From positions 7,964 through 71,963 of the forward strand of contig CAIOTC010000003.1 in assembly GCA_903861205.1 (NCBI GenBank): 64,000 nt of DNA, in the 5' to 3' direction. The notes beneath the pieces are model-generated. The model was not told the origin of the DNA, made no database searches, and saw nothing but the letters and a program-made list of their open reading frames with translations. Positions 1 to 9,205 of this stretch are shown piece after piece. Source of the stretch: an uncultured bacterium (GTDB taxonomy: Bacteria; Patescibacteriota; Minisyncoccia; Phycocordibacterales; DATDWN01). A program made the position numbers and the translations under genes. Every line of letters starts with the position of its first letter. Positions within the stretch are counted from its first letter, which is position 1.

Positions 1-112
1 AGTTGAGGGTAAAAATAAAAAGGTGAAAGTTATCAAGGAGAAGATAAAAGAAGAACCGGTCAAAAAGTCCATAAAGTCAAAAGTCCATAAAGAAAAAACC
101 AAAAAAAATTAA
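1..112 (+). CDS. rplV: 3' end of probable 50S ribosomal protein L22 (Lys-rich C-terminal tail)
   Basis: Open frame from nt 2 to TAA at 110-112 (VEGKNKKVKVIKEKIKEEPVKKSIKSKVHKEKTKKN*); identity inferred only from position before rpsC. Confidence 0.6.
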   Translation, partial: VEGKNKKVKVIKEKIKEEPVKKSIKSKVHKEKTKKN

Positions 113-156
113 CTTTATAAACTTTAAGGACTTTATAGACTTTAGACTAAAAAAAC

Positions 157-816
157 ATGACCCACACCGTACATCCATATTCCCATAGACTTGGCATCAC
201 GAGAGACTGGAAGTCCCGCTGGTTTGGCGTCAAAGCAAAGTACAAAGATTTTTTGAAAAGCGATGTGTTACTGCGAGAATATCTGGAAAAGCGTTTTCGC
301 GGTTTTTATGTCAGCAATATTGAAATGGAACGCGGAGAAAAAGTTTTGCGCATTGTGATCGAATCGTCTCGCCCGGGTATGATCATTGGCCGAAGCGGGG
401 AAGGCGCGGTTAAACTGCGACAGGACATTTTGGCATTCTTGGCAAAGAACAAATTGTCAGCCGAAGGCGATGTCAAAATCGATATCAAAGAAATTAAATC
501 GCCGGAATCAAACGCGTCGATCGTGGCTCAAATGATCGCCGACGGTTTGGAAAAAAGATTACCTTTCCGACGCGTGACCAAGCAGACAGCCGAAAAAGTG
601 ATGGCCAACAGAGACGTGGAAGGTGTCAAAATCGAATTGTCCGGACGACTTGGCGGTGCATCGATGGCGCGTCAGGAGAAATTGAAACGTGGCCGAATTC
701 CTTTGCAGACTTTCCGAGCGGATGTCGATTTCACAAAATACGAGGCGCGATTGCCGTATGGCGGAATAGGAATAAAGGTTTGGATATATAGAGGAGAGAT
801 ATTTAGTAAAAAATAA
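157..816 (+). CDS. rpsC: 30S ribosomal protein S3
   Basis: HPYSHRLG...W, RPGMIIGRSG KH motif, SGRLGG, GRIPLQT, GIKVWI. Confidence 0.98.
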   Translation: MTHTVHPYSHRLGITRDWKSRWFGVKAKYKDFLKSDVLLREYLEKRFRGFYVSNIEMERGEKVLRIVIESSRPGMIIGRSGEGAVKLRQDILAFLAKNKLSAEGDVKIDIKEIKSPESNASIVAQMIADGLEKRLPFRRVTKQTAEKVMANRDVEGVKIELSGRLGGASMARQEKLKRGRIPLQTFRADVDFTKYEARLPYGGIGIKVWIYRGEIFSKK

Positions 817-912
817 AAAGTTGAATAAGTTTAATAAGTTGAATAAGTCAGGAAATGCAGAAAAACTTATACAACTTATTAAACTAAAGCGAAGCGTAAC
901 TTATTAAACTAC
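817..912. repeat. junction palindrome family A (AAGTTGAAT/AACTTAT units with GCGAAGCG insert)
   Basis: Copies at ~817-912, 1845-1933, 2621-2720, 48516-48613. Confidence 0.9.
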
Positions 913-913
913 A

Positions 914-1330
914 ATGCTTGTCCCCAAAAAAGTAAAATTCAGAAAGTGGCAGACCATGCGAAAAAATCCGGCTAAAGTCGGCACGGCTTCGCGCGGAGCG
1001 ACAATTTCCTTTGGTTCATACGCGCTCAAGGCGTTGCAGGGAATGCGCATCAGATCAAACCAGGTTGAAGCTGCCAGAAAAGTTCTTTCGCGAGCATCAG
1101 GCAAGACTGGCAAGATTTGGATTCGCATTTTTCCCGATATGCCGTATACTCAGAAGCCGGCCGAGGTTAAGCTGGGCAAGGGTAAGGGTGATTTGGCGGG
1201 ATACGTGGCGGCGGTCAAACCCGGCACCATTCTGTTTGAAATCGACGGTGTGACCGAGGCTATCGCGCGCGAAGGTTTGCGAAAGGCCGGCACAAAATTA
1301 CCGCTGAAGACGAAAATCATAAGCAGATGA
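914..1330 (+). CDS. rplP: 50S ribosomal protein L16
   Basis: MLVPKKVKFRK, WIRIFPD, GKGKG, KLPLKT. Confidence 0.98.
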   Translation: MLVPKKVKFRKWQTMRKNPAKVGTASRGATISFGSYALKALQGMRIRSNQVEAARKVLSRASGKTGKIWIRIFPDMPYTQKPAEVKLGKGKGDLAGYVAAVKPGTILFEIDGVTEAIAREGLRKAGTKLPLKTKIISR

Positions 1331-1416
1331 AGTCATAAAGTCCATATAAAGTCAAAAGTCTATAAAGAAATTCAGAATTCACTTTACAGACTTTAAGGAC
1401 TTGATAGACTTTTAAC
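1331..1416. repeat. junction palindrome family B (AAAGTC/GACTTT units)
   Basis: Copies at ~62-148 and ~1331-1416. Confidence 0.85.
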
Positions 1417-1425
1417 TTAAATTCA

Positions 1426-1617
1426 ATGAAAATCGCAGAATTAAACAAAAAAACAGAAAAAGAGTTGCAGACGCTTCTTACCGAAAAGAGCTTGGCTTTG
1501 CGCGCTTTTCGATTCAGCATTGCCGGCAGCAAGACACGAAACGTCAAAGAGGGAGCTGCGCTGAAAAAAGATATTGCTCGCATCAAGACGATATTTAATT
1601 CAAAAAAACATGAATAA
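1426..1617 (+). CDS. rpmC: 50S ribosomal protein L29
   Basis: 63 aa, KKDIARIKT motif, operon position. Confidence 0.95.
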   Translation: MKIAELNKKTEKELQTLLTEKSLALRAFRFSIAGSKTRNVKEGAALKKDIARIKTIFNSKKHE

Positions 1618-1855
1618 AGAAATTAAAAATGCCGGCAAGATTCTTTCCGGAGTTGTCGTTTCAGACAAAATGAAAGACACCTCTACGGTCAAAGTTTCGC
1701 GATTCGTCAAACATCCGAAGTACGGCAAGTTTTTGAAAGTGGACAAAAAATACAAAGCACACGATCTCGGCAATACCAAAAAAATCGGTGACAAGGTGGA
1801 AATACAGGAATGCGCGCCAATTTCAAAGGATAAACATTTTAAAATAGTTGAATAA
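1610..1855 (+). CDS. rpsQ: 30S ribosomal protein S17
   Basis: GVVVSDKMKDT, HPKYGK, ECAPISKDK; ATG at 1610. Confidence 0.97.
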   Translation: MNKEIKNAGKILSGVVVSDKMKDTSTVKVSRFVKHPKYGKFLKVDKKYKAHDLGNTKKIGDKVEIQECAPISKDKHFKIVE

Positions 1856-1935
1856 GTTTGAAAAGTTGAATAAGGAAATACAGAAAACTTATACAACTTA
1901 TTAAACTAAAGCGAAGCGTAACTTATAAAACTAAC

Positions 1936-2307
1936 ATGATACAACCGCGATCCATCGTTAAAATAGCAGACAACTCCGGAGGCCTGATCGGACGTATTTT
2001 CAAAGTGCTCGGAAGTTCAAAGAAAAGATATGCTTCGATAGGCGAGATGGTTGTTTTGTCCGTTCAGAAAGCCCAGCCGCGAAAAACGACCAAGAAAAAA
2101 GACGTTTTGTACGCCGTGGTTGTCCGCCAAAAAGCGCCTTTCCGCCGAAAAGACGGTTCATACATTCGCTTTGACGAAAATGCTGTGGTTATCGTCCTGA
2201 AAGACAAGAAGGAACCGGTAGCCGGACGAGTTTTCGGACCGATTCCGCGCGAGATTGGCGAAGTGGGATATCAGAAAATTATTTCTTTAGCTCCCGAAGT
2301 CGTCTAA
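1936..2307 (+). CDS. rplN: 50S ribosomal protein L14
   Basis: ADNSG, RKDGSYIRFDENA, KIISLAPEV. Confidence 0.98.
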   Translation: MIQPRSIVKIADNSGGLIGRIFKVLGSSKKRYASIGEMVVLSVQKAQPRKTTKKKDVLYAVVVRQKAPFRRKDGSYIRFDENAVVIVLKDKKEPVAGRVFGPIPREIGEVGYQKIISLAPEVV

Positions 2308-2312
2308 GAAAC

Positions 2313-2413
2313 AATTTTATAATTTTTAATTTAGAATTTTTAATGAATGTTTAAATTTAAAAATTCAAAAATTGAAAATTCATTTTAAATTAAAAATTCT
2401 AAATTAAAAATTT
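2313..2413. repeat. junction palindrome family C (AATTTTT/AAAAATT heptamers)
   Basis: Copies at ~2313, 6815, 7860, 8550, 9099, 12077, 19435, 32098, 33691, 35906; partial at 43468 and 44787. Confidence 0.9.
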
Positions 2414-2629
2414 ATGCATGTTAAGAAAGATGACAACGTAATAGTTCTGACCGGCAAAGACAAGGGCAAAAAAGGCGCTGTGGTCAAAGCGTTCCCGAAA
2501 GAAAACAGAGTCGTTGTTTCCGGAGTCAATATTTTGAAAAAACATCAGAGACCGACCAAGTCCGGACAAAAAGGCCAGATTATCGAAAAGACGATGCCGA
2601 TACATGCGAGCAATGTAAGGAAAGTTTAG
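2414..2629 (+). CDS. rplX: 50S ribosomal protein L24 (short form)
   Basis: KOW motif [15 protein letters not shown]. Confidence 0.96.
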   Translation: MHVKKDDNVIVLTGKDKGKKGAVVKAFPKENRVVVSGVNILKKHQRPTKSGQKGQIIEKTMPIHASNVRKV

Positions 2630-2722
2630 AAAGTTGAATAAGTTTAAAAAGTTGAATAAGGAAAATGCAAGAAACTTATACAACTTATTAAACTAAAGCG
2701 AAGCGTAACTTATTAAACTACA

Positions 2723-3256
2723 ATGCAAACCATCAAAGAAAAAACAAAAGAATCGTACGGCGCGCTCAAGGCTGATTTCGGCTATAAAAACATCATGCAA
2801 TCGCCGAAAATCGAAAAGGTTATTGTTTCGGCCGGTGTCGGATCTTTCAAGGACAAGAAAAAAATCGATCTGGCTTTTGATCGACTTTCCAAAATCACCG
2901 GCCAGCGTCCCGTCAAAAAAGGCGCCAAGCAATCGGTGGCTTCTTTCAAAGTTCGCGAAGGTGACGTTGTAGGTTTGCAGGTTACTTTGCGAGGTCAGCG
3001 AATGTACGATTTTCTTGATCGCTTGATAAACATCTCACTTCCACGAACAAAAGACTTCCGCGGTATTTCTCCAACAGGCATCGACGAAATGGGCAACTAC
3101 ACCCTCGGTATCAAAGAGAACACTATTTTCCCGGAATCGTCCGATGAGGAACTGAAAGACGTTTTTGGTCTGGCTGTCACTGTCGTCACCAGCATTCGCG
3201 ACAAAAAAGAAACAAGAGCGTTTTTGACACACCTCGGATTTCCGTTCAAGAAGTAA
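2723..3256 (+). CDS. rplE: 50S ribosomal protein L5
   Basis: ITGQRP, FKVREG, PRTKDFRG, GNYTLG. Confidence 0.98.
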   Translation: MQTIKEKTKESYGALKADFGYKNIMQSPKIEKVIVSAGVGSFKDKKKIDLAFDRLSKITGQRPVKKGAKQSVASFKVREGDVVGLQVTLRGQRMYDFLDRLINISLPRTKDFRGISPTGIDEMGNYTLGIKENTIFPESSDEELKDVFGLAVTVVTSIRDKKETRAFLTHLGFPFKK

Positions 3257-3526
3257 AAACTTCCAAATTTCACCAATCTCATCGTCTAAAATAATATCCT
3301 GATCCGTCAATGTACCCACTGTACACCTCCGGCTCAGGATTTTATTTTATACGCGACCTTGGCGAAATTATGAAAATTTTTAGTCCGTGGTGACTTAAAA
3401 AACCGCTAAACATGGCGGTTTTTGCGTATAAGACTTTACTTTTGAACGATAGTTGTGGTATAATACATATAGATCCATACCTCGCTACAAACCATTAAAC
3501 CGGTTTTGGAAGACGAAGAGTATAGG

Positions 3527-4216
3527 ATGTTGGAGTTTGAAATGCTCACAGATCCGTTGTTCAACGTTTTTGTCGGAGTCGTCGCCCTCGGCGCGTTCCT
3601 GGCTTCTCTCTGGATGATTCGAGAGGCTTACCGGACCTCTGTCCGCTATTACCGCGAATTTTTTGTTTGGCGCCCGGTACGACGCCGTGGAGAGGAGATG
3701 GTCCGTCGAGCCAAGTTTTATGTTCAAATTCATGGTCCGCTCGCGGTCCAAAACAAGGCCAAGAAAGGGGTCACGGCGGTTGCGCGTTACGACAAGTTCA
3801 ACGCGAGACTGCTTGAAGTTCTTCGCAGGGCCGCAGGCGCGCGTAATACGGAGCCGATGTGCCAACGGGTGTTTGTAGATGTGGTCCCCACATTCACATT
3901 CGCTGATAACGAAGCGGTTCATTTTCCAGCACACACAGGTCTGAAAAGAGACATTGACGATCTAATGAGCTGGATTGTCGCTAAAATAACGGATATCGGT
4001 AAGGCAGAGGTTGACAAGAGAAGCTATGAAGAGGCAGTTTTGATTCTCGCAGTTCGTGATCAGCGATTACTGATACCGTTTGAGTACGAAGAACCGTTGC
4101 ACACCGTTGAGGGCGAGTTCAAGAAGTTTGGTGGCACAACACTTCAGCAAGCGGAGGAGCAGTTTGTACCTCCTTTTCCCAACACTAGCACGTTTGACAC
4201 CTCCGCGGACGAATAG
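3527..4216 (+). CDS. orphan protein with N-terminal transmembrane helix
   Basis: Long ORF with its own promoter (TGTGGTATAAT ~3453) and terminator (4222-4255); start uncertain (3506/3527/3542). Confidence 0.6.
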   Translation: MLEFEMLTDPLFNVFVGVVALGAFLASLWMIREAYRTSVRYYREFFVWRPVRRRGEEMVRRAKFYVQIHGPLAVQNKAKKGVTAVARYDKFNARLLEVLRRAAGARNTEPMCQRVFVDVVPTFTFADNEAVHFPAHTGLKRDIDDLMSWIVAKITDIGKAEVDKRSYEEAVLILAVRDQRLLIPFEYEEPLHTVEGEFKKFGGTTLQQAEEQFVPPFPNTSTFDTSADE

Positions 4217-4221
4217 AGAAC

Positions 4222-4255
4222 CAGCCGGTGGTCCCTCGCGGGGTCGCCGGCTTTT
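4222..4255 (+). terminator. 34-bp intrinsic terminator, identical copy at 5687-5720
   Basis: CAGCCGGTGGTCCCTCGCGGGGTCGCCGGCTTTT hairpin plus T-run. Confidence 0.8.
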
Positions 4256-4352
4256 CATTTGACTTTAGCTCACTTAAATATTAAGTTTATCCACACTTAC
4301 ACATTTCTAATCATTGAATTTTCATGGGTGTATGGGATAATTAAAACAACAA

Positions 4353-4847
4353 ATGGAGCAAAAACTCAATATAAATAAATATAAAAACGCTCTCGTGTAT
4401 TTGATAGATAAATGTGGAAATGAAAAATTGGGCATCATGAAGCTCAATAAAATTTTCTATTACATGGATTTTATTTCATATCGCGACCGCGGTTTGACTG
4501 TGACTGGCGAAACTTACGTTCATCTTCCAAAAGGACCATTTGCAGATTCTTTGCAAAGTGTGATTTTGCCTCTGGCGGAAAAAGAAAATCTGGTGGAACA
4601 AAAAGAGGATATCAGTGAAAAATTTGGCAAACGAAACAGATTTAAAGCTCTCAAAAAACCAGACATGTCGCTTTTTGATGACTACGAAAAGAAATTGCTG
4701 GAGTACTTGTGCGTGACATTCAAGGATTGGACAACAGATCAAATGGTTGCCCAAACTCACACAGAAGCGCCGTGGGTTTTTTCCAAACCGAGCAAATCTC
4801 TGGATTATAATAATGCTGATGATATAGAATTCTTTGCCAATAATTAA
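4353..4847 (+). CDS. Panacea/SocA (DUF4065)-like antitoxin
   Basis: KLNKIFYYMDF, TGETYVHLPKGP, TH.EAPW motifs characteristic of the family. Confidence 0.85.
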   Translation: MEQKLNINKYKNALVYLIDKCGNEKLGIMKLNKIFYYMDFISYRDRGLTVTGETYVHLPKGPFADSLQSVILPLAEKENLVEQKEDISEKFGKRNRFKALKKPDMSLFDDYEKKLLEYLCVTFKDWTTDQMVAQTHTEAPWVFSKPSKSLDYNNADDIEFFANN

Positions 4848-4859
4848 TTTATTTCCACT

Positions 4860-5081
4860 ATGTCTTGGTCTGTACAGAGAACGGAAAGTTTCGACAAGTG
4901 GTGGAAAAAAGAGGGAATAGAAGATAAAAACTATGAGTATCACGAGCGGGCGCTCACGGAATTTCAAAATATTCCGTTGCCTCATCAGATGCAGAGTTGC
5001 GTATTTAAGAATAGCAGTTTTGAATGCTGGGTTACTCGATTGCCTGACAAAGATCTCGCAAAAGAATTTATGGAAGCTTAA
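4860..5081 (+). CDS. RelE-like toxin candidate, apparently truncated
   Basis: Directly after the antitoxin; N-terminus VQRTESFDKWWKK is RelE-like; only 73 aa, stop codon at the edge of a repeat. Confidence 0.45.
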   Translation: MSWSVQRTESFDKWWKKEGIEDKNYEYHERALTEFQNIPLPHQMQSCVFKNSSFECWVTRLPDKDLAKEFMEA

Positions 5082-5225
5082 AAACCGCTCAACATGGCGG
5101 TTTTTACGTGTTTTGATTGACAAATAGATATAAAGGGAGTATAATATAAGCGAAACATGAATTGGGGCATGTATGGACTCCAATCGCCGTCGGGCGTTAA
5201 ATAGATCATTGAAAGAGGTAGAGAA

Positions 5226-5657
5226 ATGATGGATTGTATTTTGGCAGTGATGATGGCGATTGTCGCTTTCATCACAGGTTGGATTCTGGCCGGCATAAAC
5301 ATCAGACGGCAGAAAAAGACAGACCGGGCGGAACATAGAATCGAAAATACCCAACGCAACATCGGCAACCGCGTTTGCAATGCCTTGAATGATGCGGCGG
5401 ACCAAAACCCAGAAGCTCACTTAAGAGCGAAGACCATCTTCTGTAATGGTGGTGAGGTCTACCGCGTCTACCTGTCTTTTGATTTTAGTGGTGCTGATCT
5501 TCTGCTGGTGGACATCGATCCTCGGCAGTCGGTACCCATCACGGTCTTTTTCAACAAAAGCAGGCTGGAAAAGTATTATGATATCACCGAAGGGGATCTT
5601 GTAAGACTCATCCAGATGCTTCAAGAGTTCGTGGTGAATTACTCGCCCGAACGCTAG
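5226..5657 (+). CDS. orphan protein with N-terminal transmembrane helix
   Basis: TTGACA...TATAAT promoter, GAGGT Shine-Dalgarno, terminator at 5687-5720. Confidence 0.65.
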   Translation: MMDCILAVMMAIVAFITGWILAGINIRRQKKTDRAEHRIENTQRNIGNRVCNALNDAADQNPEAHLRAKTIFCNGGEVYRVYLSFDFSGADLLLVDIDPRQSVPITVFFNKSRLEKYYDITEGDLVRLIQMLQEFVVNYSPER

Positions 5658-6060
5658 AGCAACTGACTTACGCCAGCTCAGTTATTCAGCCGGTGGTCCC
5701 TCGCGGGGTCGCCGGCTTTTTTGTGGGTGAAAGTGGCACTAAACAAGAATAAATTCCAGAGGTTCGACCTTAATGCCCAATTTCCCAAGGTCGAACCTCG
5801 GATGCGGGTGCAAAGTCACCACTAAACAAAATCTCGTACTGACATCTTTTCGGCAACTCCGCAGTGTCGCGAGCCGGTCTTGTCAACGACCCAGCCTTCG
5901 GGGCTGGGCTCATTGACAAGTCGCGACCGAGGACGGTAACAAACTTTTCGCTGGAAAAGTTTGTGGTGACGAAAAGATGTCAGTACGAGATTTTGTGTTG
6001 ACTTTTCAAGTCACTTTTGGTAGTCTTACCACAGCTTGAAAAAGCTTCGTTTTTGTAAAT

Positions 6061-6246
6061 ATGGCTAAAACATCTGTAAAAGCACGAGCTCGCAAAACAC
6101 CGAAATTCTCAACTCGGGCTGTTAACCGATGTTTCCGATGCGGACGAAAGCACGCTTTCATGCGAGACTTCGGTCTTTGCAGAATCTGCTTCCGCGAGCT
6201 GGCCAATGAGGGGAAGATTCCGGGGGTTAAGAAATCAAGTTGGTAG
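6061..6246 (+). CDS. rpsN: 30S ribosomal protein S14 (zinc-binding type Z)
   Basis: RCFRCGR...[10 protein letters not shown]...IPGVKKSSW. Confidence 0.97.
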   Translation: MAKTSVKARARKTPKFSTRAVNRCFRCGRKHAFMRDFGLCRICFRELANEGKIPGVKKSSW

Positions 6247-6341
6247 ATACGAAATAACGAATAAATTACGAATGGCTACGAATAAGGAATACAAAGCATT
6301 TCATTCGTTGCAATTCGTAGACCCATTCGTTACTTCGTATA
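6247..6341. repeat. junction palindrome family D (TACGAAT/ATTCGTA units)
   Basis: Copies at ~6247, 15487, 15790; halves at ~27477, 44131, 45369. Confidence 0.9.
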
Positions 6342-6418
6342 TTAAACAAGTTCGTTCTAGCAAGTCAGCGGTTAAAAACCAAAGATACTGCTAAAATATA
6401 ATACACACAACAAAAGAA

Positions 6419-6805
6419 ATGGATCCAATTTCAGACATGATTATCCGAATAAAAAACGCCTCAGATTCAAAGAAGGAGTCTGTGGTTTTTCCATATTCAA
6501 AAATGAAGCTCGCTATTCTCGACACTTTGATGAAAAGCGGTTTTGTGGTTTCGTTCGGCAAGAAAGGCAAAAAGGTGGTCAAATTCATCGAAGTTGTTTT
6601 GGCTTATGAAAACGGCGAACCGAAAATTCATGGCGTGCAGAGAATTTCCAAAACATCAAAGCGAGTTTATCAGAAAGCCAAGGACATCCGCTCGGTCAGA
6701 AATGGTTTCGGCGCTTTGATATTGTCAACACCGAAAGGAATCATTACGGACAAAATGGCCAGAACGGATAAGGTTGGAGGGGAAGCACTCTTTAAAATTT
6801 GGTAA
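6419..6805 (+). CDS. rpsH: 30S ribosomal protein S8
   Basis: MDPISDMIIRIKNA, LSTPKG, VGGE. Confidence 0.97.
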   Translation: MDPISDMIIRIKNASDSKKESVVFPYSKMKLAILDTLMKSGFVVSFGKKGKKVVKFIEVVLAYENGEPKIHGVQRISKTSKRVYQKAKDIRSVRNGFGALILSTPKGIITDKMARTDKVGGEALFKIW

Positions 6806-6922
6806 TTTTAAAGAAATTTTCAATTTTTAATTTAAAATTTTCAATGAATTTCCAATTTAAAAATTTAGAAATTTAAAATTCAATAAAAATTAAAAATTCT
6901 AAATTAAAAATTATTCAAAATC

Positions 6923-7456
6923 ATGAGCAGAATCGGAAAAAAAGTAATAGCCATACCGGAAAAAACAGAAGTAACTTTTGCTTCGGGTGTTTTGACTGTC
7001 AAAGGTCCGCTCGGAACTCTTTCTCGAAGTTTGAAATCGGACATTTCGGTCAACATCACTCCAAAGGAAATCACCTTGGAACCGGTCAAGAAAACACTGG
7101 ACACGAACGCTTTGTGGGGAACATACGCTTCGCTTATTATAAATATGGTAGAGGGGGTAGGCAAAGCTTTTGTCAAAAAGGTTATTTTGGAAGGCATCGG
7201 CTACAAATCGGAAGTCAAAGGAAGTGATTTGGTTTTGGCTCTCGGTTTTTCACATCCTGTTAAAGTTGCCATTCCTACAACGCTTAAGGTGACAGCGGAA
7301 AAGAATACAATCACCATTAGCGGAATCGACAAGGAAGCGGTGGGAGAATTTGCCGCTAGTCTGCGAGCACTGAAAAAACCGGAACCGTACAAAGGTAAGG
7401 GATTTAGATACGAAGGAGAAATCATAAAGAGAAAGCAGGGTAAGAAAACAGCGTAA
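6923..7456 (+). CDS. rplF: 50S ribosomal protein L6
   Basis: MSRIGK, LGFSHP, PEPYKGKG. Confidence 0.98.
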   Translation: MSRIGKKVIAIPEKTEVTFASGVLTVKGPLGTLSRSLKSDISVNITPKEITLEPVKKTLDTNALWGTYASLIINMVEGVGKAFVKKVILEGIGYKSEVKGSDLVLALGFSHPVKVAIPTTLKVTAEKNTITISGIDKEAVGEFAASLRALKKPEPYKGKGFRYEGEIIKRKQGKKTA

Positions 7457-7497
7457 AATAGAGGTTGGAGAGAAGAGACTAGAGATTAGAAAATACA

Positions 7498-7848
7498 ATG
7501 CAAAATTCAAAATCCAAAACAGAACAGAGAATACGACGCAAGGCGCGAATACGAGCCAAGATTTCGGGCACCAAGGAAATGCCACGACTTTCCGTTTTCA
7601 AATCAAACAGATACATTTCTGCTCAGATTATCGATGACGGATCTTCTGTTACGCTTGCTTCTTCACATTCCAAAACAGCAAAAGGCAAAACGCTTTTGGA
7701 GAAATCAGTTGGCGTGGGAAGCGACATTGCAGCCCAAGCCAAAGCCAAGAAAATTACCAAGGTAGTTTTCGATCGCGGAGGATTCAGATACACGGGGGCG
7801 GTCAAGGCAGTCGCAGAGGGAGCAAGGGAAGGAGGATTAATTTTTTGA
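7498..7848 (+). CDS. rplR: 50S ribosomal protein L18
   Basis: PRLSVFKSN, VVFDRGG, AREGGL. Confidence 0.97.
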   Translation: MQNSKSKTEQRIRRKARIRAKISGTKEMPRLSVFKSNRYISAQIIDDGSSVTLASSHSKTAKGKTLLEKSVGVGSDIAAQAKAKKITKVVFDRGGFRYTGAVKAVAEGAREGGLIF

Positions 7849-7969
7849 TTACAAAAAATAATTTCTAATTTTTAATTTAAAATTTTTAATGAATGTCTAA
7901 ATTTAAAAATTGAATCAATTAAAATTCATTAAAAATTCAAAAATTAAAAATTAAAAATTTTTACAAACA

Positions 7970-8551
7970 ATGGAACCAGAAATACAAAAAGAAATAACAA
8001 CAGAAGCTCCGAAAGTGGACGCCAGTCGTCCTATGGATTTTCGTGGTGGGGAAAGAGGGGGATTTAGAAAAAATACTCGCAAGGGTCCACCTCGTCGCGA
8101 AGCTCGAGTCAAGCCGGAATTCGACCAGAAAATCATTAGCATTCGCCGAGTGACTCGCGTGGTTACCGGAGGACGACGATTCAGCTTTTCCGTCGGTATT
8201 GTTATCGGTGACAGAAAGGGACGCGTTGGTGTCGGCCAAGGCAAAGCGGGGGATACTCCTATCGCCATCGACAAAGCTGTGCGAAACGCCAGAAAAAATA
8301 TGATTACGGTCAAAATGACCAAGAACGGTTCCATTCCGCATGACGTGGAGGCAAAATACTCGGCATCGAGAGTGCATATCATGCGCGCTCCTGGCAAGGG
8401 AATTTTGGCCGGCTCAAGCGTTCGAACAGTTTTGGAATTTGCAGGACTGAAAGAAGTTAGCGCCAAAATATTTTCACGAAGCAAAAATAAAGTGAACAAC
8501 GCACAAGTGGCGATCAAGGCGCTGGGGATGCTGAAAACAGGAAACAAATAA
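7970..8551 (+). CDS. rpsE: 30S ribosomal protein S5
   Basis: RRVTRVVTGGRRFSF, GRVGVGQGKA. Confidence 0.97.
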   Translation: MEPEIQKEITTEAPKVDASRPMDFRGGERGGFRKNTRKGPPRREARVKPEFDQKIISIRRVTRVVTGGRRFSFSVGIVIGDRKGRVGVGQGKAGDTPIAIDKAVRNARKNMITVKMTKNGSIPHDVEAKYSASRVHIMRAPGKGILAGSSVRTVLEFAGLKEVSAKIFSRSKNKVNNAQVAIKALGMLKTGNK

Positions 8552-8659
8552 TTTAAAATTTATAATTTAGAATTTAAAATGAATTTAAAATTTCAAAATT
8601 GAATCAATGAAAATTCATTAAAAATTAAAAATTTTAAATTAAAAATTTCTTAAACTATC

Positions 8660-9094
8660 ATGCAACTGAACAATTTAAAAAGATTACATAAGAACAAAAA
8701 GACTCGGCAAATCGGCCGGGCTGGTCAGCGTGGAAAAACATCTGGACGCGGTACGAAAGGTCAGAACGCTCGCGCCGGACACAAAAAGCGACCGGAAATT
8801 CGCGATTTTATAAAGCGTTTGCCAAAAATGCGCGGACGAGGCAAAAATCTGAACACGAGTATAGAGACAAAACCGACGGTCATAAACTTGCGAGATCTTT
8901 CCGTTTTCAAAGCGGGCGAGGTTGTTTCTCCGGAGACGCTTGCTACAAAAAAAATAATTACAAAACTGGATGCCAGCCGTGGCGTCAAAATCCTTTCTGT
9001 CGGAGCAGTGACCGCCAAACTGACTATTTCAAAATGCTCTCTTTCGGCAGGAGCCAGAAAAGCGGTAGTGGATGCGGGAGGGGAAGTGAAGTAA
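8660..9094 (+). CDS. rplO: 50S ribosomal protein L15
   Basis: GKTSGRGTKGQNAR, RLPK, VKIL. Confidence 0.96.
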   Translation: MQLNNLKRLHKNKKTRQIGRAGQRGKTSGRGTKGQNARAGHKKRPEIRDFIKRLPKMRGRGKNLNTSIETKPTVINLRDLSVFKAGEVVSPETLATKKIITKLDASRGVKILSVGAVTAKLTISKCSLSAGARKAVVDAGGEVK

Positions 9095-9205
9095 AAACAA
9101 TTTAAAATTTATAATTTAAAATTTTTAATGAATGTCTAAATTTAAAAATTGAATCAATGAAAATTCATTAAAAATTAAAAATTCTAAATTAAAAATTATA
9201 TTGTC

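Noticed and set aside
4476-5420. 314-aa minus-strand ORF
   Set aside because: Antisense to three plus-strand genes that have motifs or expression signals; no recognisable features.
8552-8659. Missing rpmD (L30) between rpsE and rplO as a novelty
   Set aside because: The absence is real, but loss of L30 is an established CPR trait.
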